DNA from: Coraliomargarita sp.
Lineage (GTDB): Bacteria; Verrucomicrobiota; Verrucomicrobiia; Opitutales; Coraliomargaritaceae
Assembly (NCBI GenBank): GCA_965216325.1
Contig: OZ244160.1
Location: 288,001 to 352,000, forward strand
DNA length: 64,000 bases
Reading direction: 5' to 3'
The position numbers and the translations under genes are program-made. Shown piece after piece: positions 1-11,314 of the stretch (within the stretch, counting starts at the first letter, position 1; each line of letters begins with the position of its first letter). Below the pieces are notes generated by a model. It worked only from the letters and a program-made list of their open reading frames with translations. It was not told the DNA's origin and ran no database searches.

Positions 1-528
1 GCTATTGATCCTCTTGGCTTACGAGATCGGGCGATTCTGGAGCTTCTCTACGCAACTGGGATGCGACGCATGGAACTCGTCAATTTGGACATTGAAGATC
101 TCGACCTCTACAGTGCTAGCGTCCTAATCAGACAAGGCAAAGGTGGCAAAGATCGCGTCCTACCACTTGGCCACCTGACAATTCGGTGGTTACGTGCTTA
201 CCTGAAAAGGTCACGCCCGAAGCTCGTCGTCAATTCAGACGAAAAAGCCGCCTTCATCACAGGCTACGGGACACGCTACAACCCGAACTCACTCGGGAAT
301 TGGATGCGCAAGACCATGCAGGAGGTCGGGATCGTCAAACAAGGCGCATGCCACCTCCTCCGTCATAGCTGTGCAACACATATGCTGGAAAATGGGGCTG
401 ACTTGCGCTGCATCCAGCAACTGCTCGGACACAGCCGCTTGGATACGACCCAAATATACACCGAAATCAGCATCACACACTTGCGAACGATTTACAATGC
501 AACTCACCCAAGCGTCAAAAGGCTTTAA
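1..528 (+). CDS. XerC/XerD-like tyrosine recombinase, 5'-truncated by window edge
   Basis: Frame open from base 1 (LRDRAILELLYATGMR); GKGGKDR, HLLRHSCATH, LLGH and TTQIY catalytic motifs. Confidence 0.92.
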   Translation, partial: AIDPLGLRDRAILELLYATGMRRMELVNLDIEDLDLYSASVLIRQGKGGKDRVLPLGHLTIRWLRAYLKRSRPKLVVNSDEKAAFITGYGTRYNPNSLGNWMRKTMQEVGIVKQGACHLLRHSCATHMLENGADLRCIQQLLGHSRLDTTQIYTEISITHLRTIYNATHPSVKRL

Positions 529-586
529 AACACGCAGAAAAGCTTGATCCAAACGCTACCAGAAACATCCTTAGTGATGCTTTCTC

Positions 587-1321
587 ATGGTTGCTCTCAA
601 TCAACAGTTCACCACGCCCTGCTCTCACTCATATCGGCGAGAAGCAGGGCGTATTCTAATGTCGTATTACGGCTTCAGATACTATGATCCCGTGACTGGC
701 AGATGGCCGTCTAGAGATCCACTTCAAGAATTCGGAGGAATTAATCTTTTTGGCTCTTTAGGCAACAATCCGCTGAATCACTCGGATTATCTAGGTTTAA
801 GTGAACCCTGTTGCGATGAAGATACGGTATCCGCTGGAGGCAGTGAGTTAGCCGGAAAGTATACACGAGCCAAAGATGAATTGGAGAGTCGTGGCTATGA
901 ACCCGGCATGGGTGGTCGTGGATCGTGCAAAAATACATCTTACAATATATTAGATTCATTTGGAACGATACCGAAATGCTGGGACTGTAGCTTAGAGAGA
1001 AGAGGCAGAGGAGTGTTCTTTAGGCGTGACCATCAGGTGATTACATGCAAAGGAACAGATACAGATGGCAACGAAACCGAAGTAACTTTTGACTTCTGGG
1101 GCGGAGCTGAAGGTGGAGAATCGCCAGATGGTTTCAGAGATGAATATCCTAAGCCTCTCGATCCAGAGCACCCATATCCTTGGGATTTTGGAGATACATG
1201 TGAGTTCGAATTTGACGAACCAGAAGATCCGTTCGGCGGGTGGGACGATGTGTTGCCGCCAATTCCTACGACTCCTCCGATACGCTTATCACCCCTGCCG
1301 GGAACTGGCGTGTATTATTAA
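587..1321 (+). CDS. Orphan RHS-core protein with variable C-terminal (putative papain-fold) toxin tip; alternative start at 659
   Basis: YYGFRYYDPVTGRWPSRDP...NNPLNHSDYLGL is the RHS core end and autocleavage motif; tip has SC...DH...FDFW spacing. Confidence 0.85.
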   Translation: MVALNQQFTTPCSHSYRREAGRILMSYYGFRYYDPVTGRWPSRDPLQEFGGINLFGSLGNNPLNHSDYLGLSEPCCDEDTVSAGGSELAGKYTRAKDELESRGYEPGMGGRGSCKNTSYNILDSFGTIPKCWDCSLERRGRGVFFRRDHQVITCKGTDTDGNETEVTFDFWGGAEGGESPDGFRDEYPKPLDPEHPYPWDFGDTCEFEFDEPEDPFGGWDDVLPPIPTTPPIRLSPLPGTGVYY

Positions 1322-1332
1322 TCTCTTTGGCG

Positions 1333-1797
1333 ATGCATCGGTTTATTTCTCTTGTTATCCTCTTGTTTTTGTTGGGGTGCGCTGAAACGCACCAGAATCC
1401 AGTCGACATTGAAGTATTAAACCTCAAGAATACGGGACGGCTCTTACAGCTTTATTTTGAGGAAAACAACGCATTACCTGAAAGCATGCCAGAGCTCAGG
1501 CAATGGGGGGGCACGCGTTCGATACTTAAAGACAAGAATGCACTTGGATATTCACACGAAGGCAATCTATTTGATTATTTATACATCCAGAACGGAGGGA
1601 GTCATCACTTCCTGCTAGCGTTTCCTTTCCCTGTTAAGGTAACTAGTGAGTCTAATCTAGAAATCTCTCACAATTATGCAGATGCAAGCTCGACTGATAA
1701 GATGGTAGGCTTTGTCATTCTTCGAAATTTTGAAATGAAGCGAGTAACTTTCGAGGAATGGAGGCACTTTCAAGAGTTGGTAGTTAGCAAGAATTAG
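1333..1797 (+). CDS. Lipoprotein, putative cognate immunity protein
   Basis: MHRFISLVILLFLLGC lipobox; starts 11 nt after the RHS tip stop; AT-rich. Confidence 0.6.
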   Translation: MHRFISLVILLFLLGCAETHQNPVDIEVLNLKNTGRLLQLYFEENNALPESMPELRQWGGTRSILKDKNALGYSHEGNLFDYLYIQNGGSHHFLLAFPFPVKVTSESNLEISHNYADASSTDKMVGFVILRNFEMKRVTFEEWRHFQELVVSKN

Positions 1798-1827
1798 AAC
1801 TCAAATGTAGCATTTTGGGTATTAGAA

Positions 1828-1849
1828 GGGGTCAAACGTTTAAAATAAA
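1828..1849. repeat. Left terminal inverted repeat of the RAYT-like element
   Basis: GGGGTCAAACGTTTAAAATAAA is the near-perfect reverse complement of TTTAATTTAAACGTTTGACCC at 2808-2828. Confidence 0.85.
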
Positions 1850-1852
1850 TGT

Positions 1853-2770
1853 CTAGCTCTTGTTGCTGATCAAATTACTCACGCGGGAAGGGTGCCCCAT
1901 ATTCAATCGCTCCGCGATCCAGCGATTGTTTGCGGTGCATTGTTTGCGTAGGCTGCGCGCTATCGCGATCTTCCATTCAGCTCCTTTGGCGTCAGCCTTA
2001 ATACTGTCTGCAGTCTTCTTGAGCTGTTTCAGCTCAGTCAGCAGCAATGCTTCCCACTGTTGTTCCTTCAGTTCCTGAAGGTCTGCGCCTTCCCAATCGA
2101 CCTTGGGGTTCTGCTTGGTCAATTCCTTGGCGAGGTCCTTCTTTTGCTGACTCGGACCGATAAACCATCCGCGGCAGTAGCGCTGACTTAGCTTCTCTCG
2201 CTCAGTGGGATCTTTGGCTTCACTGAGTGCCAAGTGCTCCTGATAGCGTCGCATTCCAGCAAGGCTGTCCGGCAGTTCCAGTGTGCCCAAAAAGTCCCCA
2301 CGGCAGAGCCCGTCTGGAACCTTCCGTTTGAAAAACTTCGGATAGCTCGATAAGGCGTAATTTTTCAGCGCCTCGAGCGTGCAGATGCCCGCCCTTACCG
2401 GATTGAGGTGAATGTAGTCAACGAGGCCAACCAACGGGCGGTCCTCGCCAATCAAGATTGATTTATAGCGCCCTTGAAACACATGCCCACGCTCATTACG
2501 CAGACGGTTAAAGCGGGTCGCAAAGGTGCTCTGTAGCCATTTCATACCATCCACCAGATTCGGCTCCGGTGTTTCAACCGCCAAATGGTAGTGGTTGCTC
2601 ATGATCACGTAGGCGTGGAGCTTCCACCCGCAGCGCTCAACCGTCTCAAAGATCGTGCGCTCAAACGCTTTGCCGGTGTTTTCAGATAGAAACAGTTCCT
2701 TGCGGTAATTTCCCCGACTGATGATGTGGTAGATGGCACCGGGAAATTGAATGCGCTGTTTACGTGGCAT
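1853..2770 (-). CDS. REP-associated / IS200-like Y1 HUH tyrosine transposase (RAYT)
   Basis: MPRKQR...YHIISRGN, MSNHYHL HUH motif, GHVFQGRY, YIHLNPVRAG. Confidence 0.92.
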   Translation of the reverse strand: MPRKQRIQFPGAIYHIISRGNYRKELFLSENTGKAFERTIFETVERCGWKLHAYVIMSNHYHLAVETPEPNLVDGMKWLQSTFATRFNRLRNERGHVFQGRYKSILIGEDRPLVGLVDYIHLNPVRAGICTLEALKNYALSSYPKFFKRKVPDGLCRGDFLGTLELPDSLAGMRRYQEHLALSEAKDPTEREKLSQRYCRGWFIGPSQQKKDLAKELTKQNPKVDWEGADLQELKEQQWEALLLTELKQLKKTADSIKADAKGAEWKIAIARSLRKQCTANNRWIAERLNMGHPSRVSNLISNKS

Positions 2771-2828
2771 TCAGGAAAGATGGCTGACGAGAGTGAGGGG
2801 AGCAATGTTTAATTTAAACGTTTGACCC

Positions 2829-4392
2829 GAATGCCCCTAAGTTAAGGCCTTAAGTTGAGTCGGATTTTCGGCTTAAAAGACTTACGCAAAGGCCGTTGGT
2901 ATGCATTATTCTTGGATGCGAAACCTTGAACGTTTTCTACCCGGGATGAATCACATAATATGCGGACGTCCACCAAAGACGACCCTTGCGCAGATGGAAG
3001 CAAAGTTGCGCGATTATAGGGAGTCAAGTCTGTCAGAGCTAATGAGTGTGTTTGGTGCATGGATTCCTTCAGGAGCGCTGGAGCGGAAGAAGGTTGGCAA
3101 GAACTCTCGCCAACGCGACTACAGCTTATCGGTGACCTTTTGGGCCTTCTTGTGGCAGGTGCTTACACCTCGGACGCCGTGCCGCGAAGTGGTCCGAAAG
3201 GTGCAAAGCTTGTGTAGCGAACTAAAGTTAAGGATGCCTGCTAACAGTGATGCCGCCTACTGCATGGCCAGAGGGAGATTGAAGCAGGATGACATTGATA
3301 CCGTTAAGCAGGCGGTCCGTGAGCGTGTGTTGAGCCGGGTCAGAGAGGATCAGCGCTGGTTGGGGCGCACCGTCAAAGTCGTGGACGGCACAGGCATACG
3401 CCTTGCGGACACCAAGCAAAATCAGTCCGAATGGCCTCAGCCGAGCGAGCAACGTCCGGGCTGCGGCTTCCCCGTCATGCAGCTTGTAGCCTGCTTTTGT
3501 TTAGCCAGTGGCGCGATCATCGATTGGGTGGAAACAGAGCTCAAGAGCCACGAATGCCGTGTGTTTAAGCGAATGTTGCATCTATTCAAAAAGGGAGACG
3601 TGGTCTTGGGGGATCGTGGATTTAGCTCCTACGCAAACATTGCGTTACTGTTGTCTCAAGGCGCTCACGCGGTGATGCGACTGCACCAGATGAGAAAGAT
3701 GGACTTTCGTCAGGGCAAATACCTTGGGCCGCATGACCGGCTGGTCACCTGGAAACGTTCCGCCGTGCGGGGCAAAGGCTGGAGTAAAGAACAATGGGCC
3801 GAGCTACCTGAGGAACTGACACTGCGCGTGGTCCGTATTAAAGTCGAAGTGAAAGGTTTTCGGGTGCGGCAATACGATCTGGTGACGACGCTGACCGACC
3901 CCGTCGAGTGCACCAAGGACAACTTGGCCGAACTCTACTTCAGGCGTTGGGCCGTCGAACTCTTCTTCCGGCAAATCAAGACCACCATGGGGATGGAGAA
4001 GCTCCGTTGCAAAACTCCGGAGATGGTGCGCAAGGAACTGCGTATGCACCTGATCGCTTACAACCTGATCAGAGGCCTGATGCAAGAGGCCGCCCATCAG
4101 CAATCTGTTAAACTCGACCGGATCAGCTTCAAAGCAACCGTCGATACACTACGGCAGTTTTCCAGCGCAATTAATGCCACAAAAGCTAAGCCTAAAATAC
4201 AGCAGAGGATTATCGAGGAAATGCTCTGTATCATCGCCATCGAACGTGTCCCGCTAAGGCTAAACCGAAGTGAACCACGAGCACTCAAAGAGAGACCGAA
4301 ACCCTATCCAAGAATTACGGATCACAGGTCCAAATACGTCGTCCCGAATATGCGAAAAAACACCAGTAAGGCTGCTTAACTTAGTGCCATTC
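2829..4392 (+). mobile_element. IS4-family insertion sequence (1564 bp)
   Basis: TIRs GAATGCCCCTAAGTTAAG (2829) and CTTAACTTAGTGCCATTC (4375-4392), 16/18 match; 11-bp TSD ACGTTTGACCC at 2818-2828 and 4393-4403. Confidence 0.93.
2901..4379 (+). CDS. IS4-family DDE transposase
   Basis: VVDGT, GDRGF and YFRRWAVELFFRQIK (YREK) motifs. Confidence 0.93.
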   Translation: MHYSWMRNLERFLPGMNHIICGRPPKTTLAQMEAKLRDYRESSLSELMSVFGAWIPSGALERKKVGKNSRQRDYSLSVTFWAFLWQVLTPRTPCREVVRKVQSLCSELKLRMPANSDAAYCMARGRLKQDDIDTVKQAVRERVLSRVREDQRWLGRTVKVVDGTGIRLADTKQNQSEWPQPSEQRPGCGFPVMQLVACFCLASGAIIDWVETELKSHECRVFKRMLHLFKKGDVVLGDRGFSSYANIALLLSQGAHAVMRLHQMRKMDFRQGKYLGPHDRLVTWKRSAVRGKGWSKEQWAELPEELTLRVVRIKVEVKGFRVRQYDLVTTLTDPVECTKDNLAELYFRRWAVELFFRQIKTTMGMEKLRCKTPEMVRKELRMHLIAYNLIRGLMQEAAHQQSVKLDRISFKATVDTLRQFSSAINATKAKPKIQQRIIEEMLCIIAIERVPLRLNRSEPRALKERPKPYPRITDHRSKYVVPNMRKNTSKAA

Positions 4393-4415
4393 ACGTTTGA
4401 CCCCTTTTTTGGCTC

Positions 4416-4490
4416 CGCTGTTTACGTGGCATTCAGGAAAGATGGCTGACGAGAGTGAGGGGAGCAATGTTTAATTTAAACGTTTGACCC
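4416..4490 (+). repeat. Exact 75-bp duplicate of the RAYT 5' end and terminus (2754-2828)
   Basis: Identical sequence CGCTGTTTACGTGGCAT...AAACGTTTGACCC; extra TTTGACCCCTTTT at 4503. Confidence 0.93.
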
Positions 4491-4719
4491 CTTTTGGCTC
4501 TATTTGACCCCTTTTGAAAGTAGTGTGTGCTTGTCTGCCAACAGTGCTTACGTGGTTACAGTTGGTTTGCGGTATCTGGAGGGAGATTGTGGAATTGAGA
4601 TATATCTTTAATTATTAGTTTATTATAGATTTGTAGGGTTGAATCAGTGTTAAAAATAATCTATTGATATTTATAGTGCTTCTTACTAATTACAATTTTT
4701 AGGATGCCTCGAAGCATAC

Positions 4720-7011
4720 ATGCAGCTGATGCTGTGCAGGCGAGTAATGATGCGTTTAAAATTTAATAGTCTGGCCCCAGTTGTTATTTTTGCAGTCGGT
4801 GTGTTTTGTTCCTGGCTGTTTTATTCTTCAGAGTATGAGCAGCAAGAGTTGGCCTTGGATGCAGAACTTAAGATTTTTGCGCAACATCAGGTTACACTTT
4901 TACAGTTAGAGTTGGCGCGTAACACCGAAGTGTTAGGCGCCCTGCAGGTTTTTTTAAAGTTAGAGACTCCTACACGCGAAGAGTTTAGTAACTATACTTC
5001 AGACTTTCTAAAAAAGCATCCATCGATTCAGGCATTAGAGTGGGTGCCTCGGGTAGAACATTTTGAAAGAAATGAATTCGAGCAACGCCAACGTGAATTC
5101 TATTCTGATTTTACGATTAAAGAACAGGCAGGAGACGTTGGTAGGGGCCTCGGTTGGATGGTGCCAGCCTATGATCGAGCGGTTTATTACCCAGTCGCAT
5201 ACGTTGAGCCTTTTGAGTTAAATCAGATTGCTTTGGGTTACGATCTTGGGAGCAGTGCGGAGCGCTTAGCGGCCATTGAGGTAGCCATTGGTGATGAGGC
5301 TGTCGTGGTAACGGCACCAATCACTCTAGTGCAAGAACAAGAGCAGCAGAAGGGGTTCTTAATCTTTGACCCTGTTTTTTCAAATGGGCAGGAGGCAGCT
5401 ACATCAAGGTTTAGAGGTTTTGCGCTTGGGGTTTTTAGGGCCAAAGATATTTTTACTGAAGTATTGCAACGGCAGGGAGAACGCACTCGATTTTTTGAAT
5501 CGCAGTTAGTGGATCGAACTGATTCGGAGCCTGTGCTCCTTGTCCATGATCAGCCATCGAATGGACAAAAAGGCTTAATGGCTTATCAGATCGTCAGTCC
5601 TCTTTCGTTTGCAGGGCGGCAATGGGAGTTGAGGCTATGTCCAACTCCCGAGTTCGTTGGCATTTATCAGCAAAGAATGAGGCCAGCTATATTTTTGGGA
5701 TTTGGCTTGTTAATCACGCTCTTGCTGTCTGGAGGTGCTTACCATATTCTACGTAACCAGTATGCTTTAAAATGCGAAGTCGAAGATAGGAAAATCATCG
5801 AGAAGCATTTGAAATCTGCTCAGAAGAATCTCGAGGCAGCAAAAGAAAGGGCAGAGCTGGCCAGTCAGACTAAAAGTAACTTTTTAGCCATTATGAGTCA
5901 TGAGTTAAGAACACCTATGAATGGTGTCTTGGGAATGGCGCAATTGTTACAGCTGTCTGAGTTGAAGGAGGACCAACAAGACTGTTGCAAAGTGATTATT
6001 GAATCAGGCAATGCGCTGGTCGGCATTTTAAATCAGATTCTAGATCTATCCAAGCTGGAGGCCCAAAAGCAGGCAGTAACTTATGCGCCATTTTCAATGG
6101 AGGATTTGTTAGATTCAACAATGTCACTGTTTGCTGGCTCTGCAAAGGCAAAGAATTTATTTTTAAGATTAGATTCTAATGTACCGAAACATCAGCAGCT
6201 AGTCGGTGACGCGGAGTTATTGCGTAGAATATTTACGAACCTGATCGGAAATGCCATTAAGTTTACCGATGCCGGCGGCGTTACCATTTATCTCAATGCA
6301 TCGGAACAAAACAATAAACTAGTTGTTGAATTTAGCTTTACTGACACTGGAGCCGGCATAGACGTAACGAAACAGCAGCATATTTTTGAAGCGTTTTCTC
6401 AAGTGGACGAGAGTAGCACTCGAATTAGCCAAGGGACGGGCTTAGGCCTAGCTATTGTAAAACAGCTTGTAGAGTTGTTGGGAGGCAAAATATCAGTGCA
6501 AAGTAAATTGGGAGAAGGCAGTAGTTTCGTTTTTACTTTGGCTTTTGATATTCATCAATCTCCTCAAGGGCAGTTAAAAACGCAAGTTGAGCAATTCGCT
6601 GAAGAACCATCAAACGATGCATTCAAATTGCTTCTGGTTGAAGATGATCATGTGAATCAAGATGTTATTAGCCGTATGTTTTCATTTTGTAATATTGAAG
6701 CTGAAGTGGCGAACAACGGCAGAGAGGCTGTAGACGCGGCTTGTGCCAAGGAATACGACCTTATTTTGATGGACGTTTTAATGCCAGTGATGGACGGCCT
6801 TGAAGCGACAAGGCAGATTCGAAACAAAAGTATGAATCGAAAGACTCCCATTGTCGGTATTAGTGCAAAAGCAGCCCAGCGGGATCGAGTTACATGCTTT
6901 GACGCAGGCATGGATGGATTTATTAGCAAGCCGATTGATTATTCCGAATTTCAAAAAACAATTGCTGAGTTTAGGAACAAAGTGCCGCCCGAGAGAGGGC
7001 GAAGCGCTTAA
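4720..7011 (+). CDS. Hybrid sensor histidine kinase / response regulator with CHASE domain
   Basis: TM-CHASE-TM, MSHELRTPMNG H-box, NAIKFT, GTGLGL, C-terminal REC (LILMD). Confidence 0.92.
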   Translation: MQLMLCRRVMMRLKFNSLAPVVIFAVGVFCSWLFYSSEYEQQELALDAELKIFAQHQVTLLQLELARNTEVLGALQVFLKLETPTREEFSNYTSDFLKKHPSIQALEWVPRVEHFERNEFEQRQREFYSDFTIKEQAGDVGRGLGWMVPAYDRAVYYPVAYVEPFELNQIALGYDLGSSAERLAAIEVAIGDEAVVVTAPITLVQEQEQQKGFLIFDPVFSNGQEAATSRFRGFALGVFRAKDIFTEVLQRQGERTRFFESQLVDRTDSEPVLLVHDQPSNGQKGLMAYQIVSPLSFAGRQWELRLCPTPEFVGIYQQRMRPAIFLGFGLLITLLLSGGAYHILRNQYALKCEVEDRKIIEKHLKSAQKNLEAAKERAELASQTKSNFLAIMSHELRTPMNGVLGMAQLLQLSELKEDQQDCCKVIIESGNALVGILNQILDLSKLEAQKQAVTYAPFSMEDLLDSTMSLFAGSAKAKNLFLRLDSNVPKHQQLVGDAELLRRIFTNLIGNAIKFTDAGGVTIYLNASEQNNKLVVEFSFTDTGAGIDVTKQQHIFEAFSQVDESSTRISQGTGLGLAIVKQLVELLGGKISVQSKLGEGSSFVFTLAFDIHQSPQGQLKTQVEQFAEEPSNDAFKLLLVEDDHVNQDVISRMFSFCNIEAEVANNGREAVDAACAKEYDLILMDVLMPVMDGLEATRQIRNKSMNRKTPIVGISAKAAQRDRVTCFDAGMDGFISKPIDYSEFQKTIAEFRNKVPPERGRSA

Positions 7012-7219
7012 CTTCAATATATCGGTTTTTATTATGCCGAGGGGTAGGTGCAAAACCTGAAGATCCCCATCCTCGCTTGGTCGCTCAGCATCGCAGAAGG
7101 TACTAGCAGGGGTGGACTAACACGTGTACTCGTTGTGCAAGTAGTGCCCAACATTTTTGCTGCTTTCCGTATCCACCAGTCAACTACGCGGTCGTATCGA
7201 GCTCCCGGGTCCACTTCAG

Positions 7220-7258
7220 ACAAGTCAGATTGCCTTCACTCTGAGTTAAGAGTTGTTC
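7220..7258 (-). pseudogene. Recoded relic 2 of the nrdJ 3' end (EQLLTQSEGNLTC)
   Basis: 7220-7252 gives 11/11 aa identical to nrdJ 8307-8339 but only 21/33 nt identical. Confidence 0.8.
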
Positions 7259-7352
7259 CCTTGCTGCCCAGAGGGCACCCGCTCGGTCACCCTTCGCTAT
7301 GCTCAGGGCAAACCTGCGGTTTACCATCTACGCGCTGCCGCGCTCCGTCAAA

Positions 7353-7397
7353 CTGCTGCTCATCGAGTTTGGGTGCCTCCTTTTCGATGGTGGTGGC
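7353..7397 (-). pseudogene. Recoded relic 1 of the nrdJ 3' end (ATTIEKEAPKLDEQQ)
   Basis: 12/15 aa identical to nrdJ 8346-8390; all 15 third codon positions differ (25/45 nt). Confidence 0.85.
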
Positions 7398-7423
7398 AGA
7401 TGAATGGTGAAGAGTGAATTGTG

Positions 7424-7473
7424 CTCCGAGAAGCGAAGCGACGACATGGCCGGATGCGACGCAGACCGGATCA
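7424..7473. repeat. Left arm of a 50-bp imperfect inverted repeat flanking the TA module
   Basis: 33/50 ungapped identity to the reverse complement of 8147-8196; shared CCGG-nnGC-nnn-GCnn-CCGG hairpin. Confidence 0.7.
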
Positions 7474-7505
7474 GTGTGAGATTCCATTGAAACGTTTCCT
7501 TGGCG

Positions 7506-7796
7506 CTACAATCGATTCTTCCAGTAATTGGGCGCTCGTTTGGCGTGTGCGATCGCGACGACGTAGATTGTGTTCCTTCGTATGTGGTAGGCGATATAGA
7601 ATGGGAAGACGCGGCAGTTGACACGGCGGTAGCACTTGCCACGTAAGCGAGGGAGTGTCGGATGCTGGCGGATGAGCTGCACGCTGCGCTGAATCTCGTC
7701 CTTAAATCGGATGCCGAGCTCTGTCTCGATTTCTTCGTATTCGGTGAAGGCTTCCCAGAATTCAGTTTCAGCCTCTCTGAGAATCTGAACCTGCAT
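7506..7796 (-). CDS. RelE/ParE-family toxin
   Basis: 96 aa; AETEFWEAF...LGIRF...RRVNCRVFPFYIAY...VAIAHAKRAPNYW pattern. Confidence 0.88.
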   Translation of the reverse strand: MQVQILREAETEFWEAFTEYEEIETELGIRFKDEIQRSVQLIRQHPTLPRLRGKCYRRVNCRVFPFYIAYHIRRNTIYVVAIAHAKRAPNYWKNRL

Positions 7797-7806
7797 CGCT
7801 CAAGAA

Positions 7807-8028
7807 CTAGGCACTGCGTTGGTCGGCCTCCGCGAAGACTTCGTCAATTGAACGAAACTCGGCATGGCCATTTTCAAGTTTGGCGATCCGGCTGGCGATT
7901 TCCTGTTCCCATGCGCTGTCGATCGCGTCGTCGGACAGGCTGTTGAAGAGACGACTGGCCAAGCGCTCGCGGTCTTTGGCCGAGAGTCGCAGGGCGCGAG
8001 CTTCGATCTCTTTGAGTTCGGAAGGCAT
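7807..8028 (-). CDS. Addiction-module antitoxin
   Basis: 73 aa; LSAKDRERLA...AWEQEIASR pattern; directly upstream of the ParE-like toxin. Confidence 0.85.
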   Translation of the reverse strand: MPSELKEIEARALRLSAKDRERLASRLFNSLSDDAIDSAWEQEIASRIAKLENGHAEFRSIDEVFAEADQRSA

Positions 8029-8146
8029 GTTTCTAAGGTAGGTGTGCGGGTGTGAAATGCAAATTGAATTTTACCGCAGAGGGCTGGAGAAGAGTGAAGT
8101 TTGAATGGTGAAGTGTGAAATCTCCATTAATTCATCCTCCGTGCCT

Positions 8147-8196
8147 TGGTCCGGTTCGCACTGCGACCGGTCTTGTCGTTGCAGTGCTCCTTGGAA
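8147..8196. repeat. Right arm of the inverted repeat flanking the TA module
   Basis: Pairs with 7424-7473. Confidence 0.7.
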
Positions 8197-8222
8197 GTGG
8201 CCCGTCTTGGTTATCCGTCCAT

Positions 8223-11114
<2,892 letters not shown>

Positions 11115-11146
11115 TGTGAATAGAATGTGAATAAGTTAGCGTTGGT

Positions 11147-11193
11147 GGACTATATGTAGTGTCGAATGGTTAAGTTCAGACTAAATATAGTGT
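11147..11193 (-). promoter_or_regulatory. Tandem NrdR boxes upstream of nrdJ
   Basis: GGACTATATGTAGTGT (11147-11162) and AGACTAAATATAGTGT (11178-11193), 31 bp apart; fit the acaCwAtATaTwGtgt consensus. Confidence 0.88.
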
Positions 11194-11314
11194 CTTTTGT
11201 GACAATTCTAGAAAATGGATGCACGACGAAATTAGCGTAGCTTGTCTGTTTTGAGGGTGGTTACTTTTTACAATTAGTGGGGCTAATTGTTAAAGAAGTG
11301 AAGGGGTGAAACCG

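Noticed and set aside
7030..7110. Possible c-di-GMP-like riboswitch hairpin after the kinase
   Set aside because: Only partial motif resemblance, and it lies between convergent units with no downstream gene.
7287..7487. 66-aa ORF with CPE resembling the NrdJ Zn ribbon
   Set aside because: Only the 15-aa core matches NrdJ; the CPE codons come from the nested palindrome at 7290-7312, so this is not a real gene.
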